A DNA stretch of 63,806 nt, the filler included, from Octopus bimaculoides (Eukaryota), in the NCBI RefSeq assembly GCF_001194135.2. It is 10 parts of 10 records of this genome, joined end to end, with 100 filler letters (N's around TTAATTAATTAA, not from the genome) between each part and the next. Parts side by side here need not be neighbours in the genome. Positions count along the whole stretch, not along the records: positions 34,581 to 45,611 come from NC_068985.1; positions 45,712 to 57,591 come from NC_068992.1; 8 more parts are not named here. One strand, written 5' to 3'. The notes beneath the pieces are model-generated. The model did no database searches and was not told the DNA's origin. It was given only the letters and a program-made list of their open reading frames with translations. Both the position numbers and the translations under genes were made by a program. Position 1 is the first letter of the stretch. Every line of letters begins with the position of its first letter. Below, piece after piece: positions 40,726-51,910 of this stretch.

Positions 40726-42069
40726 TTAACGAACTGAAATAATTGGATTTTTAAAAGATGAAGGGAGGGGTCGCACAGTAAACATGGTCAAGTGTTATGT
40801 ATGTGTATTATAAGAATGTACATATTACAGACACACACACACATATATACATGTCCATTTTTCATGTGTATATTAAATATTTACTAGCTAGTCATGTGCA
40901 GATATATATGTTATACATAAATATATATACATATATACGAATGTGTGTGACATCCACCAAGACCATGTCATTTGATTCCTATTACACGCAACTAAATACT
41001 GTTATAACCTGAAAAATTTGGGGGGAAAGATTGGAATATAATAAAAATTCTTATTCTTTATCAAGATATATACTAAATGAAAATAAAAGGAAAATGTCAA
41101 CAAAATGTTACCTTTTCGCCGTCGGAAATCTGATCATCGTAATCAGCCATTTTGATTTCGAATGTTAGCAAAGCAAGGAATGATGCATGCTGGGCGGAAA
41201 AAGCTAAAATAAATAAAAAAAATTTAATCAGTAATATTATTTACTACTTTTTATATCTGTAGATATTTTTTGAGAAAATGTGAAAAATATACTAACTATA
41301 AATAAATAAAAATGTATAATAAATATTATTGTTGGTTATGCCTACGCTATTGTGTATGCCTCTATGTGTCAATGTGTGCACATCACTGTGCGTGTGTTGG
41401 ACTAAAAGAGTGCTTGCGCTTGGCGGGTCTATATTTATTATAAATTATCTCCGGCTTCGGGACTGCGTTGCATTTAAATATTTCAAGAAAATATTGTAAT
41501 TTTGTGATTTCCTTAAATCATCCCCTACAAAATTGAACATCACATCGCATGGGCACAAACACACACATTTACATACTCATGGGTGTGTATGTGTATGTAA
41601 GTGTGTATGGAGGAGGGTCGTAATTAAAAAAAAATTGCAACTAAATGATCCGTGGACTCAGCAAGCTAATTTTTAATTTTTTTATTTTTCTGATAGAGCA
41701 ATTTCTTCTAAAGTACTTTTAATAGTTGGTATGAAATTAAGAGAAAATTCTGCTGAGTAGGATGTTTAGAATAGAAATTAATGCAGATGAAATATAGTGG
41801 GTGTAGTTGACATTAATGTGAGGTCACTTCCTGTTTGGGAAAAGTCAACTATTATAAACAAAGCATTTTTTCTACTTCACACACACACATAGATACATAG
41901 GCATAGGTAATTTTTTGGTATTGGTACATGACGTCAGTTATGAGTGAGTGTGTATACGAACGTGTTTAACTGTTCAGCTCTGTCGAGCAGATGAAGGACA
42001 ATGTCAGACACTCACTCATGACGTCATAGACTTATACCGAAACCTTACCTATATGTGTGTGTGTATACG

Positions 42070-42280
42070 AAAATATAATTCAGAGTTGTCCAAAAATGTC
42101 ATCACATTAATATCTACTGGTGAAACAATGTTGTAGCCAACACACTCTACAATGAGATCTGTCGGAAAGATAATCCTGTGATCTAAGAGATAAGAACCCA
42201 CTGTATGGTAGAGACCATAGCCACTCGTAATATAAAAAGAGTATAGGCGGAATTTCTCAGTAACAACCTCAGTAAAATCA
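42070..42280 (+). mobile_element. R4/Dong LINE fragment (post-CCHC region)
   Basis: Frameshifted IIQSCPKMSSH...NNVVANTLYNEICRKDNP...NFSVTTSVK, resembling HIxSxCP..RHxxVA and WNxxVxT motifs. Confidence 0.6.
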
Positions 42281-42793
42281 TCACCATCAGCAACGTCCGG
42301 TTTCCATGCTGGCATAAGTTGGACAGCTTGAAAGGAACTGGCAAGGCTGGGGGTTGCCCCAAGTTCCATAGAGTGTTTTGGCTAGGTTTCTACAGCTGGA
42401 TTAATTTCCTAACACCAAACACTTTACATAGTTTCCTACGTACATTTTACGTGGCGCTAGCATCCACACCAAGGCATTTTACGTGGTACCTTGGTTTTAG
42501 GATATTAATCATGTTGTGGTGGGTGGGTCTTCTTGGATACAGCAATGCGACATGTATCTTGGTCCTCTCTTTCGTAGGACCGAGATATGTGATGCATTGC
42601 TGTACTCAAGAAGATCCGCTCACTTCAACAGAAACAATATCTAAAAATAAAGGTGCCACGTAGACCAGGCATAGTGGTTTGGAGACGAGATATAGTGATT
42701 CAGGACAGAGAAGAGTAATGAAATTAGTTGCCCACCAGATGTCAACCTAAAGAGAAATATCAGCGAAAAAGAAAATACCTACGCTAAAATATT

Positions 42794-43590
42794 CTTTTCT
42801 ATTCTAGGCACAAGGCCCGAAATTTTGGGAGAGGGGTCCAGTCGGATCTATTTTAAAACGGGGGCCACATTTTTCATTAATGTTTTACGTAGTGTTTTTG
42901 GTACGGAAAGACTTTCAAACTTCGTATACTTATCTATTTTGTGTTATAGAACAGAAAAATATTTTTGTATTCGAATTTATTTCATGTAAAAAATTGTCTT
43001 ATTTCGATAATTTCAACCAATCACTGACAAGTATTCAGTTGTTTATATTTACTCTTTTGGCTGATTAAGCGATGTAAAACGTATTTAATCTCCATACCTT
43101 CGTTTTATTTGCTTTTTTCATTTTAAATTTGCTTTAACCCTAACCCTAACCCTAGGGTTAGGGTTAGGGTTAGGGTTAATTGTTTCAGAATCGTTTGTTT
43201 ATGTAGTCGGCCCTTAATGTATATCGGCTGAATGGACGTCAGTGATTGGTTGAAATTACAGAAATACGACAACTTTAACATGGAATAACTTATGGATTTC
43301 TTTTTTTTTTTAAGAAGACTAAGAGAAAAAGATGTTTTATATGACACATTCTACCAGTGTTCCAAGTTTCAAAGTGTTTCGTTAATGAAAAATGTGGCCC
43401 CCGTTTTAAAAAAGATCCGTCCAGTCGATTAGATCAATCCCAGTATACAACTGGTACTTAATTTATCGACCCCGAAAGGATGAAAGCAAAGTCAACCTCG
43501 GCGGGATTTGAACTCAGAAAGTAAAGATGGACGAAATACCGCTAAGTATTTCGCCCTGCATGCTAACGTTTCTGGCAGCTCACTGCCTTA
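42794..43590 (-). mobile_element. SINE family B copy with 16 bp TSD, hosting the MITE
   Basis: TSD cctacgctaaaatatt at 42778-93 and 43591-606; body taaggcagtgagctgccagaaacgttagc...gcctttcatcctttcggggtcgataaattaagtacc. Confidence 0.85.
42844..43418. mobile_element. MITE with ~37 bp TIRs and 8 bp TSD (Merlin-like or hAT), with a central telomeric hairpin
   Basis: TIR ggatct(a/t)ttttaaaacgggggccacatttttcattaa at both ends; TSD gtccagtc at 42836-43 and 43419-26; internal inverted repeat at 42993-43037 and 43229-43273. Confidence 0.85.
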
Positions 43591-44089
43591 CCTACGCTAA
43601 AATATTGAGGCATTTACAGCTATTCACAAGTTCAGATTTACTAACTAGGTCAGATTTATACCCGTAACTATTTTGGACTCTAGGATATGTAACAAGCTGC
43701 CTCAGTACCAATCTTGAGAAATTAGGCTTCTTAAAACCGGAAAGAAGAAAGTTTATTAGAAGATTATAGATAGAAGTCATCAATGGAACTGTAAAAATAT
43801 GCAACACTTACCACAAGTTTAACATTTAAATACATATATACATGTCTAGACATGCAACTATGTACATGAGAATACATACATAAAACAAAATACAAATCTG
43901 TACATGCACTGACTTACAAATATTGCACACTTACACACAAAACATGCATGAGTAACCTTGTTGAAATTGTTTAAAATTCCAATGAAGGAGCCTTAGATCT
44001 AGATGAGAAACCGACTCTTTTTCATTGGCAAGATATCTAAAAATAAATCTGAATAACAACATACATACATACATGCATACATCTAATGT

Positions 44090-45053
44090 TTAAGGTTCTC
44101 AACAATGTTGCTGGAGAGCACATGGAATCATGTGATGTTAATAACTGGAATATAAATACTCTTATATACACAGCCGCTATTACTCTTGAAGAACACCAAG
44201 GAGAAATCTGCATTGAATAAAGTAATGAAATTTACTTAACGGAAACAACCTAGATGGAAACAAAACTTGAAATAAACAACAACATGCGCGACCATATTGG
44301 ATGGTTAATTACAACAATAAAATATAAGGAGAAGAATGAGTTTACACCTCACCAACTCTACCTTAGACAAAAATTAATGAAACTTTTATGGCAACTCTTC
44401 ACACCGAGCCCTTGAGGGAAAGCTGATCACTTTAAAACATGAACTTAGGACGATGAGCGAGGAACTCCGCTATCACAAGCGAATTTTTGAGCAAGCCAGT
44501 ATCAATTGCAAGTTTACTTCCTACCCACAAGTATTATACAGACAGATGAGGAAGGAAAATATTACCATTAAGAAAGTTCCCTCCCAAAAAGATCTACAAC
44601 CATCCTGGTCAAAAATTTGGAACGAAAAAAGGGACATCAACCTGAATGCATCATGGTTAAATACAGCTGAGATAGAATGTACTGTACCAACACTAACAGT
44701 AAAATATACAAAACTGATGCAGAAACCTTTACTATAGCAGTAGGCAAACTGCAGAATGCGAACGGAACTTATAGTTGGATATTGAAACAAGAAGCTGACA
44801 TTTTATAGAAACCAATTGATATGTATGTTCAAAAGGACTATGGAAGGTCAGACTGAAATACCACATTAGCCTGCTAGAGCAAGGATAAATCTTGTTGCCA
44901 AAAATGAAATCACCGAGGTGGCAGGAAACTACAGGCCCATTGCTTGCCTAAACATTATGTACAAACTGCACATAAATCGTCTCAGCCAATTCCTCCGGGA
45001 CCATTGTGAATCGAACAGCATTGTGACTGATGAACAAGCTGGTGGAAAGAAGG
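44090..45053 (+). mobile_element. R4/Dong LINE fragment (N-terminal region to RT start)
   Basis: LYRQMRKENITIKKVP..WSKIWNE..INLNASW and GNYRPIACLNIMYKL..DHCESNSIVTDEQAGGKK; same family as 60062-60604; cut by an LTR-like insertion at 45054. Confidence 0.8.
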
Positions 45054-45611
45054 TGTAGGAAAGTGGTTATACACCATCAGGTGTATACCCGCTTCCGTAC
45101 ATTAAATTCTGAAGAAACAACGAAACGCAGATTCTGAACCATCAACACAACAATATTTATTTACAGAGGAAATAGGCAGCACTTCGCCCTTTGGTTGCTG
45201 AGACGTTGGAATGTTGGAATGAGCTGTCCCCAGAGTTGGAATGTTGGAGAGACAGCTTGACACGTCCATGCTCATGGCCGGCCGGCCGAGAAAGAGGATG
45301 AATAAGGGCGCCAAACTTGGATATTGATGACTACGCATGCGCACGAGACAAGGCGTTACGACATGGCTCCCATGCGAGTGCTGAAAGCACGAAAATAGAA
45401 AATTGGAGGAACGCCTGAGGCAAGATGGCCACTGAAACCACCCACAAGATGTGGCACAAACACACACAAAGAAAATCAAAGAAATGAATGTACACTTGTG
45501 AGATACATGCATGCAATCTGAAAGGAAAGAAAATATATGAGTGTATGTGTCAATGAGGAATACAGAGCATTGAAAGAGTGTCTGTATATTGACGATAAGT
45601 GTCGGAACACA
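45054..45611 (-). mobile_element. LTR-like insertion into the R4/Dong fragment; other end lost in a gap
   Basis: R4 frame stops abruptly at tgtagg (minus-strand end ...cctaCA); minus-strand aataaa near 45160; GC-richer interior. TSD not verifiable. Confidence 0.45.
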
Positions 45612-45711
45612 NNNNNNNNNNNNNNNNNNNNNNNNNNNNNNNNNNNNNNNNNNNNTTAATTAATTAANNNNNNNNNNNNNNNNNNNNNNNNNNNNNNNNN
45701 NNNNNNNNNNN

Positions 45712-45892
45712 CCAACCTTCGCTTGACAACCAATGTTGGTGTGTTTACTTCCCTGTAACTTAGCAGTTTGGCAAAAGAGACCAATAGAATAAGTACTAAG
45801 CTAACAAAGAATAAGTCCTGGGGTTGAGTTGTTTGACAAAAGGTGCTGCTCCAGCATGGCCACAGTCGGGTGGCTGAAACAAGTAAAAGAAT
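45712..45892 (+). mobile_element. SINE family A 3' half
   Basis: cgcttgacaaccaatgttggtgtgtttac...gctgaaacaagtaaaagaata. Confidence 0.85.
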
Positions 45893-46711
45893 ACCTCAGA
45901 GAGGGGACGACAAGGAACTGAGACACCTGGTGGTGTGCTTTGCTTGAGAAGACACATCAAGCTGCATTTAGGCATGTCTCTTGCACTCCTCTCCAGCTGA
46001 GCTATCTTAATCTTGCTGGCATGTGGGTGCTGGTGCCACATAAAAGGCATCTGTGCTGGTGCCACATAAAGGCACCCATGCTGGTGCTGGGTAAAAGAGC
46101 ACCCAATACACTCTGTGAAGTGGTTGGTGTTACGAAGGGTATCCAGCTGCAGAAACCATGCCAAAACAGACATGGAAGCTGGGCAGCTCCTGTCAAACTG
46201 TCCACCTCATGCTAGCAATGGAAAACAGACGTTAAATGAAGATGATGACACACACACACATGTATACATAAACATACACACACACACACAGCCCCTCTAA
46301 AAACCAAAGGAATAAATAAATCTGATATTCATCTCATAATGATACAGCTTTACACTCACCATATTCCCAAACTGAGAACTGCTTTGAAGGACATTCATAG
46401 CGCCAAACACCAATATTGTAAACTCCATAAAGAACCAGAAATTCTTGATATTTTTTGGGTGTGAAATCTTGAGATGTAGTCTCTAAAGAAAGACAATTGT
46501 TAATAATTTCAATTTGTACAAGAAATTAATATTGATTTCAAATTTTGGCACAAGGCCATCAATTTCGTGGGGGGGGGGGAAGTTTAAGTCAATTACATCA
46601 ACCCCAATGTATAACTGGTATTTATTTCATCAACCCCGAAAGGATGAAAAGCAAACTTGGCCCTGCTGGAATTTGATCGCAAATAGTAAAACAAGAAATT
46701 AATATTTTTCT

Positions 46712-46905
46712 TTATTTGTTTCAGACTGCAGCCATACTGGAGCACTGCCTTTAGTTAAGCAAATTGATCCCACCAATTATTCTGACGGTTGCTTTTGCTG
46801 AACTGCTAAGTTACAGGGACGTAAACACACCAGCATCGGTTGTCAAGCGATGTGGGGGGGGGGGACAAACAGACACACAAACATATACATACATACATAT
46901 AAATA
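46712..46905 (-). mobile_element. SINE family A 3' half directly behind the exon donor
   Basis: Begins about 15 nt into the intron after the donor at 46918. Confidence 0.8.
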
Positions 46906-46918
46906 TATAAAAAGCCAC

Positions 46919-47088
46919 CTTTATTATAATTAAATGGAAGATCAGCCAAAGTGTCTGTGACTTCTTGGTAAGTCTGCATTTTGAGGCACCATTCTTGATG
47001 AGAACTTTTGGGATCTCCTGGCACTTGACCACTCCAGTCTATCAACTGACACTTCTGACTACAATATCTCACAGACTTGCATTGATTG
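46919..47088 (-). CDS. ZMYND15: Internal coding exon of a MYND zinc-finger gene (ZMYND15-like), second half of MYND finger
   Basis: Acceptor ttccttgtttgtcttgtag and weak donor gtggct. 170 nt (1+168+1) reads NQCKSVRYCSQKCQLIDWSGQVPGDPKSSHQEWCLKMQTYQEVTDTLADLPFNYNK. Joined with the previous exon it gives CxxC..CxxC..YCxxxC..HxxxC. The long DW-to-H spacer and the following H-x2-WC...LA-x-LPF-x-Y match my recollection of vertebrate ZMYND15 (orthology not verified by search). Confidence 0.85.
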
Positions 47089-47349
47089 CTACAAGACAAA
47101 CAAGGAAATAACAATGACAATAATCCTTTGTATTATTAAGGTGGGGGAGGTGGGGGCTAGTTGATTACATCGACTCCCTCAGCACTTGACTGATGCTTAT
47201 TTTATCAACCCTAAAAGGATGAAAGGCAAAGTCGACCTCAGTGGAATATGAACTCAGAGAAAATACAGATAGACAAAATGCCACTAAGTATTTTGCCTGG
47301 CATGCTAATGATTCTGCCAGCAGCTCACTGCCTTAATATAAATAATAAT

Positions 47350-47905
47350 AATAACAATGATTTCTTTATTAACTACAAAGGTTTATATGAAGAAAAACAT
47401 TATGGACAGTACAAGACAAAACAAAGACTACGTATGTATAAGTATGTTGTTGTGAGGGTTTTGCATGTAAACAAGACTAACAAAATAAAAAAAAAGCAAT
47501 CTTCTTTCCAACTACAGGCATAAGCTCATTCACTTGCACCATTCTTGCTTTTCAGCAAACTGGCTAGAAGACAACACTCCCTTCTCTACCCTTATTTTCT
47601 TTTCCAAGTGAAACTTGAAGTTGATCAAGGATTGGCCAAAGAGAAAAGTGTTTGTCTTCATCCCATCCCCTTCAATCTTTTCCACCATAGCCTCCAGGCA
47701 TATAAAAACAGCCTTTCCTTCCTGCTTAAAAGATTGTGTCAGGGCGATCTTCGCAATGGATTCAGTTGAAAACTGGATCCATCCTACACATGACATCAGG
47801 TGTTCAACATAAAACCACAGGTTAGCAATGTTTGGGCATTGGATGAGTGCATGCAAGACTGTCTTGTTGTCCTGATGGCACTTCTGTGCCTGTAAGATCA
47901 ATAAT
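47350..47905 (-). mobile_element. Tx1/L1-clade LINE 3' end (CCHC region and 3' UTR), inside the ZMYND15-like intron
   Basis: KCHQDNKTVLHALIQCPNIANLW...FKFHLEKKIRVEK matches the L1/Tx1 ORF2 C-terminal CxxxxxETxxHxxxxC motif; U-rich UTR ends with aataaa near 47365. Confidence 0.75.
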
Positions 47906-48139
47906 TTTAAAATGAGACTCGGCTACTTCATAGTGAGAACAGTAATTTCAGAGTGAGATCAACTCAAAAGATATTTATATAAAAGAAAATATAACATTAA
48001 AACATCATTTACTCATAGATTTTGTGAAAATTATGGACAGTACAAGACAAAACAAAGACTACGTATGTATAAGTATGTTGTTGTGATGGTTTTGCATGTA
48101 AACAAGACTAACAACATAAAAAAAAAGCAATCATCTTCG

Positions 48140-48650
48140 TTTATCTTCAACAAGGTGACGGGCTGATATTTTTTTTAACGAGGTAGAAATTGACACAGAC
48201 TATCAACATTCATATTACATCTACCACCTTTGAGTGAGACTGCTAATTTTCCTGAATTTATGAAGTCTAAAATTATTCTATTTGCGGTCTTCAGATTAAT
48301 GACTATGGATTGAGCAAGGTCTTTGAAATTTGACTAGGGAGCATAACAATCTAAGAATTGACGGCGGATACAGTTCAAACATGACGTCTTCGTTGCACAG
48401 AAAAATTAGTTATAGAGGGGAAATAACTCTATCATTACTTCGTTGGTAAGTTTGACAGCGAATCATTGAAAAAAGATATCTAGTTTTTCGTTTCTGTTCA
48501 GGGTTTAAGTGAATTCTTCGACTGATAAAGTCTTCCAGGTTGCATTTGCTGTTGGTGAAAGTACAAGATTCTTGCCTAATTAAATCAAAATTCTTTTAAA
48601 TGATAATCGCTTACTTTCAAGTGACATATGCTGTTCATTTAAGACTGTTT
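48140..48650 (-). mobile_element. Decayed IS630/Tc1-like transposase N-terminal remnant
   Basis: IRRQFLDCYAP*SNFKDLAQSIVINLKTANRIILDFINSGKLAVSLKGGR resembles an HTH followed by a GG-R motif. Confidence 0.4.
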
Positions 48651-48654
48651 TTAC

Positions 48655-49230
48655 ATCATCATCATCATCGTCGTCGTTTAACGTCCGCTTTCCATTCTAG
48701 CATGGGTTGAACGATTTGACTGAGGACTGGTGGACCAGAAGGCGACACCAGGCTCCAATCTGATTTGGCAGAGTTTCTACAGCTGGATGCCCTTCCTAAC
48801 GCCAATCACTCTGAGAGTGTAGTGGGTGCTTTTACGTGCCACCGGCATGAAGGCCAGTCAGGCAGTACTGGCGACGGCCACGCTTGAAATGGTGTATTTT
48901 ACGTGTCACCTGCACAGGAGCCAGTCCATCGGCTATGGCAACGATCTCACTCGAATGCCTTTTCACGTGCCGGGAAGGCGACGTTGGTAACGATCACGCT
49001 GGTGCTATTTACGTGCCACCAGCATGGAAGCTAGACAGCTGCTCTGGCAACGATAGCGCTCGGACGGTGCTCTTAGTGTTCCACTGGTACAGGTGCCATC
49101 GCGATTTCGCTTTCGCTTGCCCCAACAGGTCTTCGCAAGCTGAGTTTAGTGTTCCTAGAAATTAAATTCGATTTCGATTTCACTTGCCTCACCATGTCTT
49201 CGCAAGTGGAGTTTAGTGTCCAATGAAGGA
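48655..49230 (-). mobile_element. SINE-like family C ((GAT)n tail, RTE-like 3' end)
   Basis: catcatcatc-gtttaacgtccgctttccat-ctagcatgggttg. Other copies at 36270-36460, 42280-42490, 46000-46250 (+) and a tandem pair at 49588-49940. Confidence 0.75.
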
Positions 49231-50208
49231 ATGTTTTTACATTATAACATAAACAAGATCATTATTGCTTTTGGACTAATTCTTTTGTTGTTGATGCTAC
49301 TTTTCAGGTCTCCAGTCATGTAACCCTTCCAATATATCATTTACCTTTTTCTCTCGAGAAGAGTAACACACGTGATTTTAGTTCCAAGACTCTAAACACT
49401 GTGCTTCCTACAAAAGACCACATTATAAATGTGCATGTTTTGCTTGCCACCACACTCTACTGCTACTACTTTGGCCACTGCTTCTGTAGAGCCATCCAAG
49501 TCCACCATTTCATTGGTCTCTCATCACTGACAGTGTGTCTTCTCACCAGGACTTGCAGCCCTCAATTTGTAAATTTAGCAATATAATTTGTCATCATCGT
49601 TTTACGTCTGTCTCCCATACTGGCAAGGGTTGGACAGTTTGACAGGAGCTGGCCAGGCAGAAGACTGCACCAGACATTTGTGTCTGTTTTGGCAGAGTTT
49701 TTATGGCTGGATATCCTTCCTAATGCCAAACATCCAGCAAAGTGGACAGAGCGCTTTTACGATATCATCATCATTGTTTAACGTCCGCTTTCCATGCTGG
49801 CATGGGTTGGATGGTTTGACAGGAGCTGGCCAGGCAGAAGACTGCACCAGACTTCTGTGTCTGTTTTGGCAGGGTTTTTACAGCTGGATGTCCCTCCTAA
49901 CACCAACCACCCCACAGAGTGGACTGAGTGCTTTGTATGTGGCACCAGCGCTATAATTACAGTGATATAATGATATATAGCTTATTATTAGGTAATTATA
50001 CTACTTGAATAACAGATACAACATGATAATATAACCCTAATTAGTTTCTGTTAGGATTTATTTGTATTTGTTCTGTTGTGCATTTTTCCTTAAATCATTT
50101 TTAATTGAGGAAATCATTCAGTGGCACAATAGGTATTTACCCATAGGTAGCAGATGTATAGGAGTGATTGTTCAGAGATAGCTTGCCCTAGAAACTCAAG
50201 AGACTTAC

Positions 50209-50361
50209 CAAGTCTGGAAGTAATCTGGTGTTGCTCTGATATGACAAGTACTGCATTGATAGAACAAAGAAGTCTGAGAACGAGCTGGAACAACAATGTC
50301 ACTGCTATAGAATATCGGAAGACAAATCTCATCCAGTTTGCTGTGTCCTGATTTCAAACGT
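50209..50361 (-). CDS. ZMYND15: Internal coding exon of a MYND zinc-finger gene (ZMYND15-like), first half of MYND finger
   Basis: Polypyrimidine acceptor ttgtgtttctcattgcag and donor gtaagt. 153 nt (1+150+2) reads RLKSGHSKLDEICLPIFYSSDIVVPARSQTSLFYQCSTCHIRATPDYFQT-C with no stops; split Cys codon TG|C joins the next exon in frame. Confidence 0.85.
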
Positions 50362-50559
50362 CTGCAATGAGAAACACAAGGAATATGGATGAAATAGAAT
50401 TTTCATTTGACACATCACCCTGGGATCAGCTTTCACAACTAATTATATTCTAAAACCACAAAATGCAATACAACTGAAACAGAATTTCAGTTTCATGCAT
50501 TCCAATATTGGGGATTTTATACATGAAGTACAAACTTATACATGAAGTACAAAATGTGA

Positions 50560-50925
50560 TCTGTGCAGTTAGAAGCTTGCTTCCCAACAACATGGTTCCA
50601 GGTTCAGTCCCACTGCACAGAACTTTGGGCAAGTGTCTTCTATTATAGCCTTGGGCCAACCAAAGCCTTGTGAGTGGATTTGGTAGATGGAAACTAAATG
50701 AAGCCCATTGTATGTATACATATCTATGTATGTAATTCTTTGTGTCTGTGTTTGTCCCTAACCATTGCTTGACAACCAGTGTTGGTATGTTTACATCCCC
50801 AATACAATAAGTACCCCGTTTAAAGAAAAAAAGTACTGAGGTTGATTCATTCGATTAAAAAGAAATTCAAGGTGGTGCCCCAGCATGGCCATATTCTAAT
50901 GACTGAAACAAGTAAAAGATAAAAG

Positions 50926-50930
<5 letters not shown>
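50560..50930 (+). mobile_element. SINE family A, near full length
   Basis: Both halves and the aagtaaaagataaaaga tail. Confidence 0.85.
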
Positions 50931-50958
<28 letters not shown>

Positions 50959-51143
50959 CAATAAGAGAATGGAGGGGAATATGAGGTACTCATCAACTTG
51001 CAGACACTATATTCCGTTGATTAATCTGTTTATTTTATAACCAAAATGACAAAAGACAATATACAGACACTTATGACATACCATGTCATATCAACAATTA
51101 AGATTTCAAATTTAACGGATATCTAGCAATTGGAGAAGGGGCA

Positions 51144-51278
51144 AAATCTTACAGCTATTTCGGCCTAGTGTTGGCATGCCCCATTCTATCTATATAACTC
51201 CAGTACACTGGAGTAATTAGTAGATGAAAATGATGTAATGGGGGTCATGCATGATTCACTAGGCCTCTTCTGAGATGT
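51144..51278 (-). ncRNA. Type I hammerhead ribozyme motif, left arm, core mutated (CAGAAGA)
   Basis: Reverse complement reads acatct-CAGAAGA-ggcctagtg...cactaggcc-GAAA-tagct-GTA-agattt. Same architecture as the right arm, with a canonical G-C stem II closure but a U-to-A change in the core. Confidence 0.55.
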
Positions 51279-51321
51279 ACGAAATTCATTTCATGAATTT
51301 TGCAAAATTTACATACAAATA

Positions 51322-51486
51322 GGCGCAGGAGTGGCTGTGTGGTAAGAAGCTTGCTTATCAACCACATGGTTCCGGGTTCATTCCCACTGTATGGCACCTT
51401 GAGCAAGTGCCTTGTACTATAGCCTCGGGCCGACCAAAGCCTTGTGAGTGTATTTGGTAGACGGAAACTGAAAAAAGCCTGTCGTA

Positions 51487-51523
<37 letters not shown>

Positions 51524-51910
51524 GTGTGTATGTGTTTGTGTTTGTCCCCCCAACATCGCTTGACAACCAATGGTGGTGTGTTTACGTCCCCCCAACATCG
51601 CTTGACAACCAATGGTGGTGTGTTTACGTCCCCGTAACTTAGCGGTTCGGCAAAAGAGACCGATAGAATAAGTACTAGGCATCCAAAGAATAAGTCCNNN
51701 NNNNNNNCATCGCTTGACAACCAATGGTGGTGTGTTTACGTCCCCGTAACTTAGCGGTTCGGCAAAAGAGACCGATAGAATAAGTACTAGGCATCCAAAG
51801 AATAAGTCCTGGGGTCGATTTTCTTGACTAAAGGCGGTGCTCCAGCATGGCCGCAGTCAAATGACTGAAACAAGTAAAATAGTAGAAAGAGAGAGAGAGA
51901 GAGAGAGAGT
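51322..51910 (+). mobile_element. Young SINE family A copy inserted in the left arm of the inverted repeat
   Basis: Near-consensus sequence; short aaata duplication at both ends; the arm sequence resumes at 51911. Confidence 0.88.

Noticed and set aside
42049-42369. Minus ORF EVVTEKFRLYSF as the next ZMYND15 exon
   Set aside because: No acceptor in the required phase 1, and the plus strand reads as an R4/Dong LINE remnant.
43134-43178. Ancient telomere-fusion site
   Set aside because: Wrong orientation (CCCTAA then TTAGGG) and located inside a TIR/TSD-bounded MITE.
43592-43807. Minus ORF bounded by ttttacag and gtaagg
   Set aside because: The apparent donor is the SINE head, an in-frame stop precedes it, and there is no recognisable homology.
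45100-45135. CTGAAGA...GAAAC as a further hammerhead
   Set aside because: No stem II or stem I pairing can be formed.
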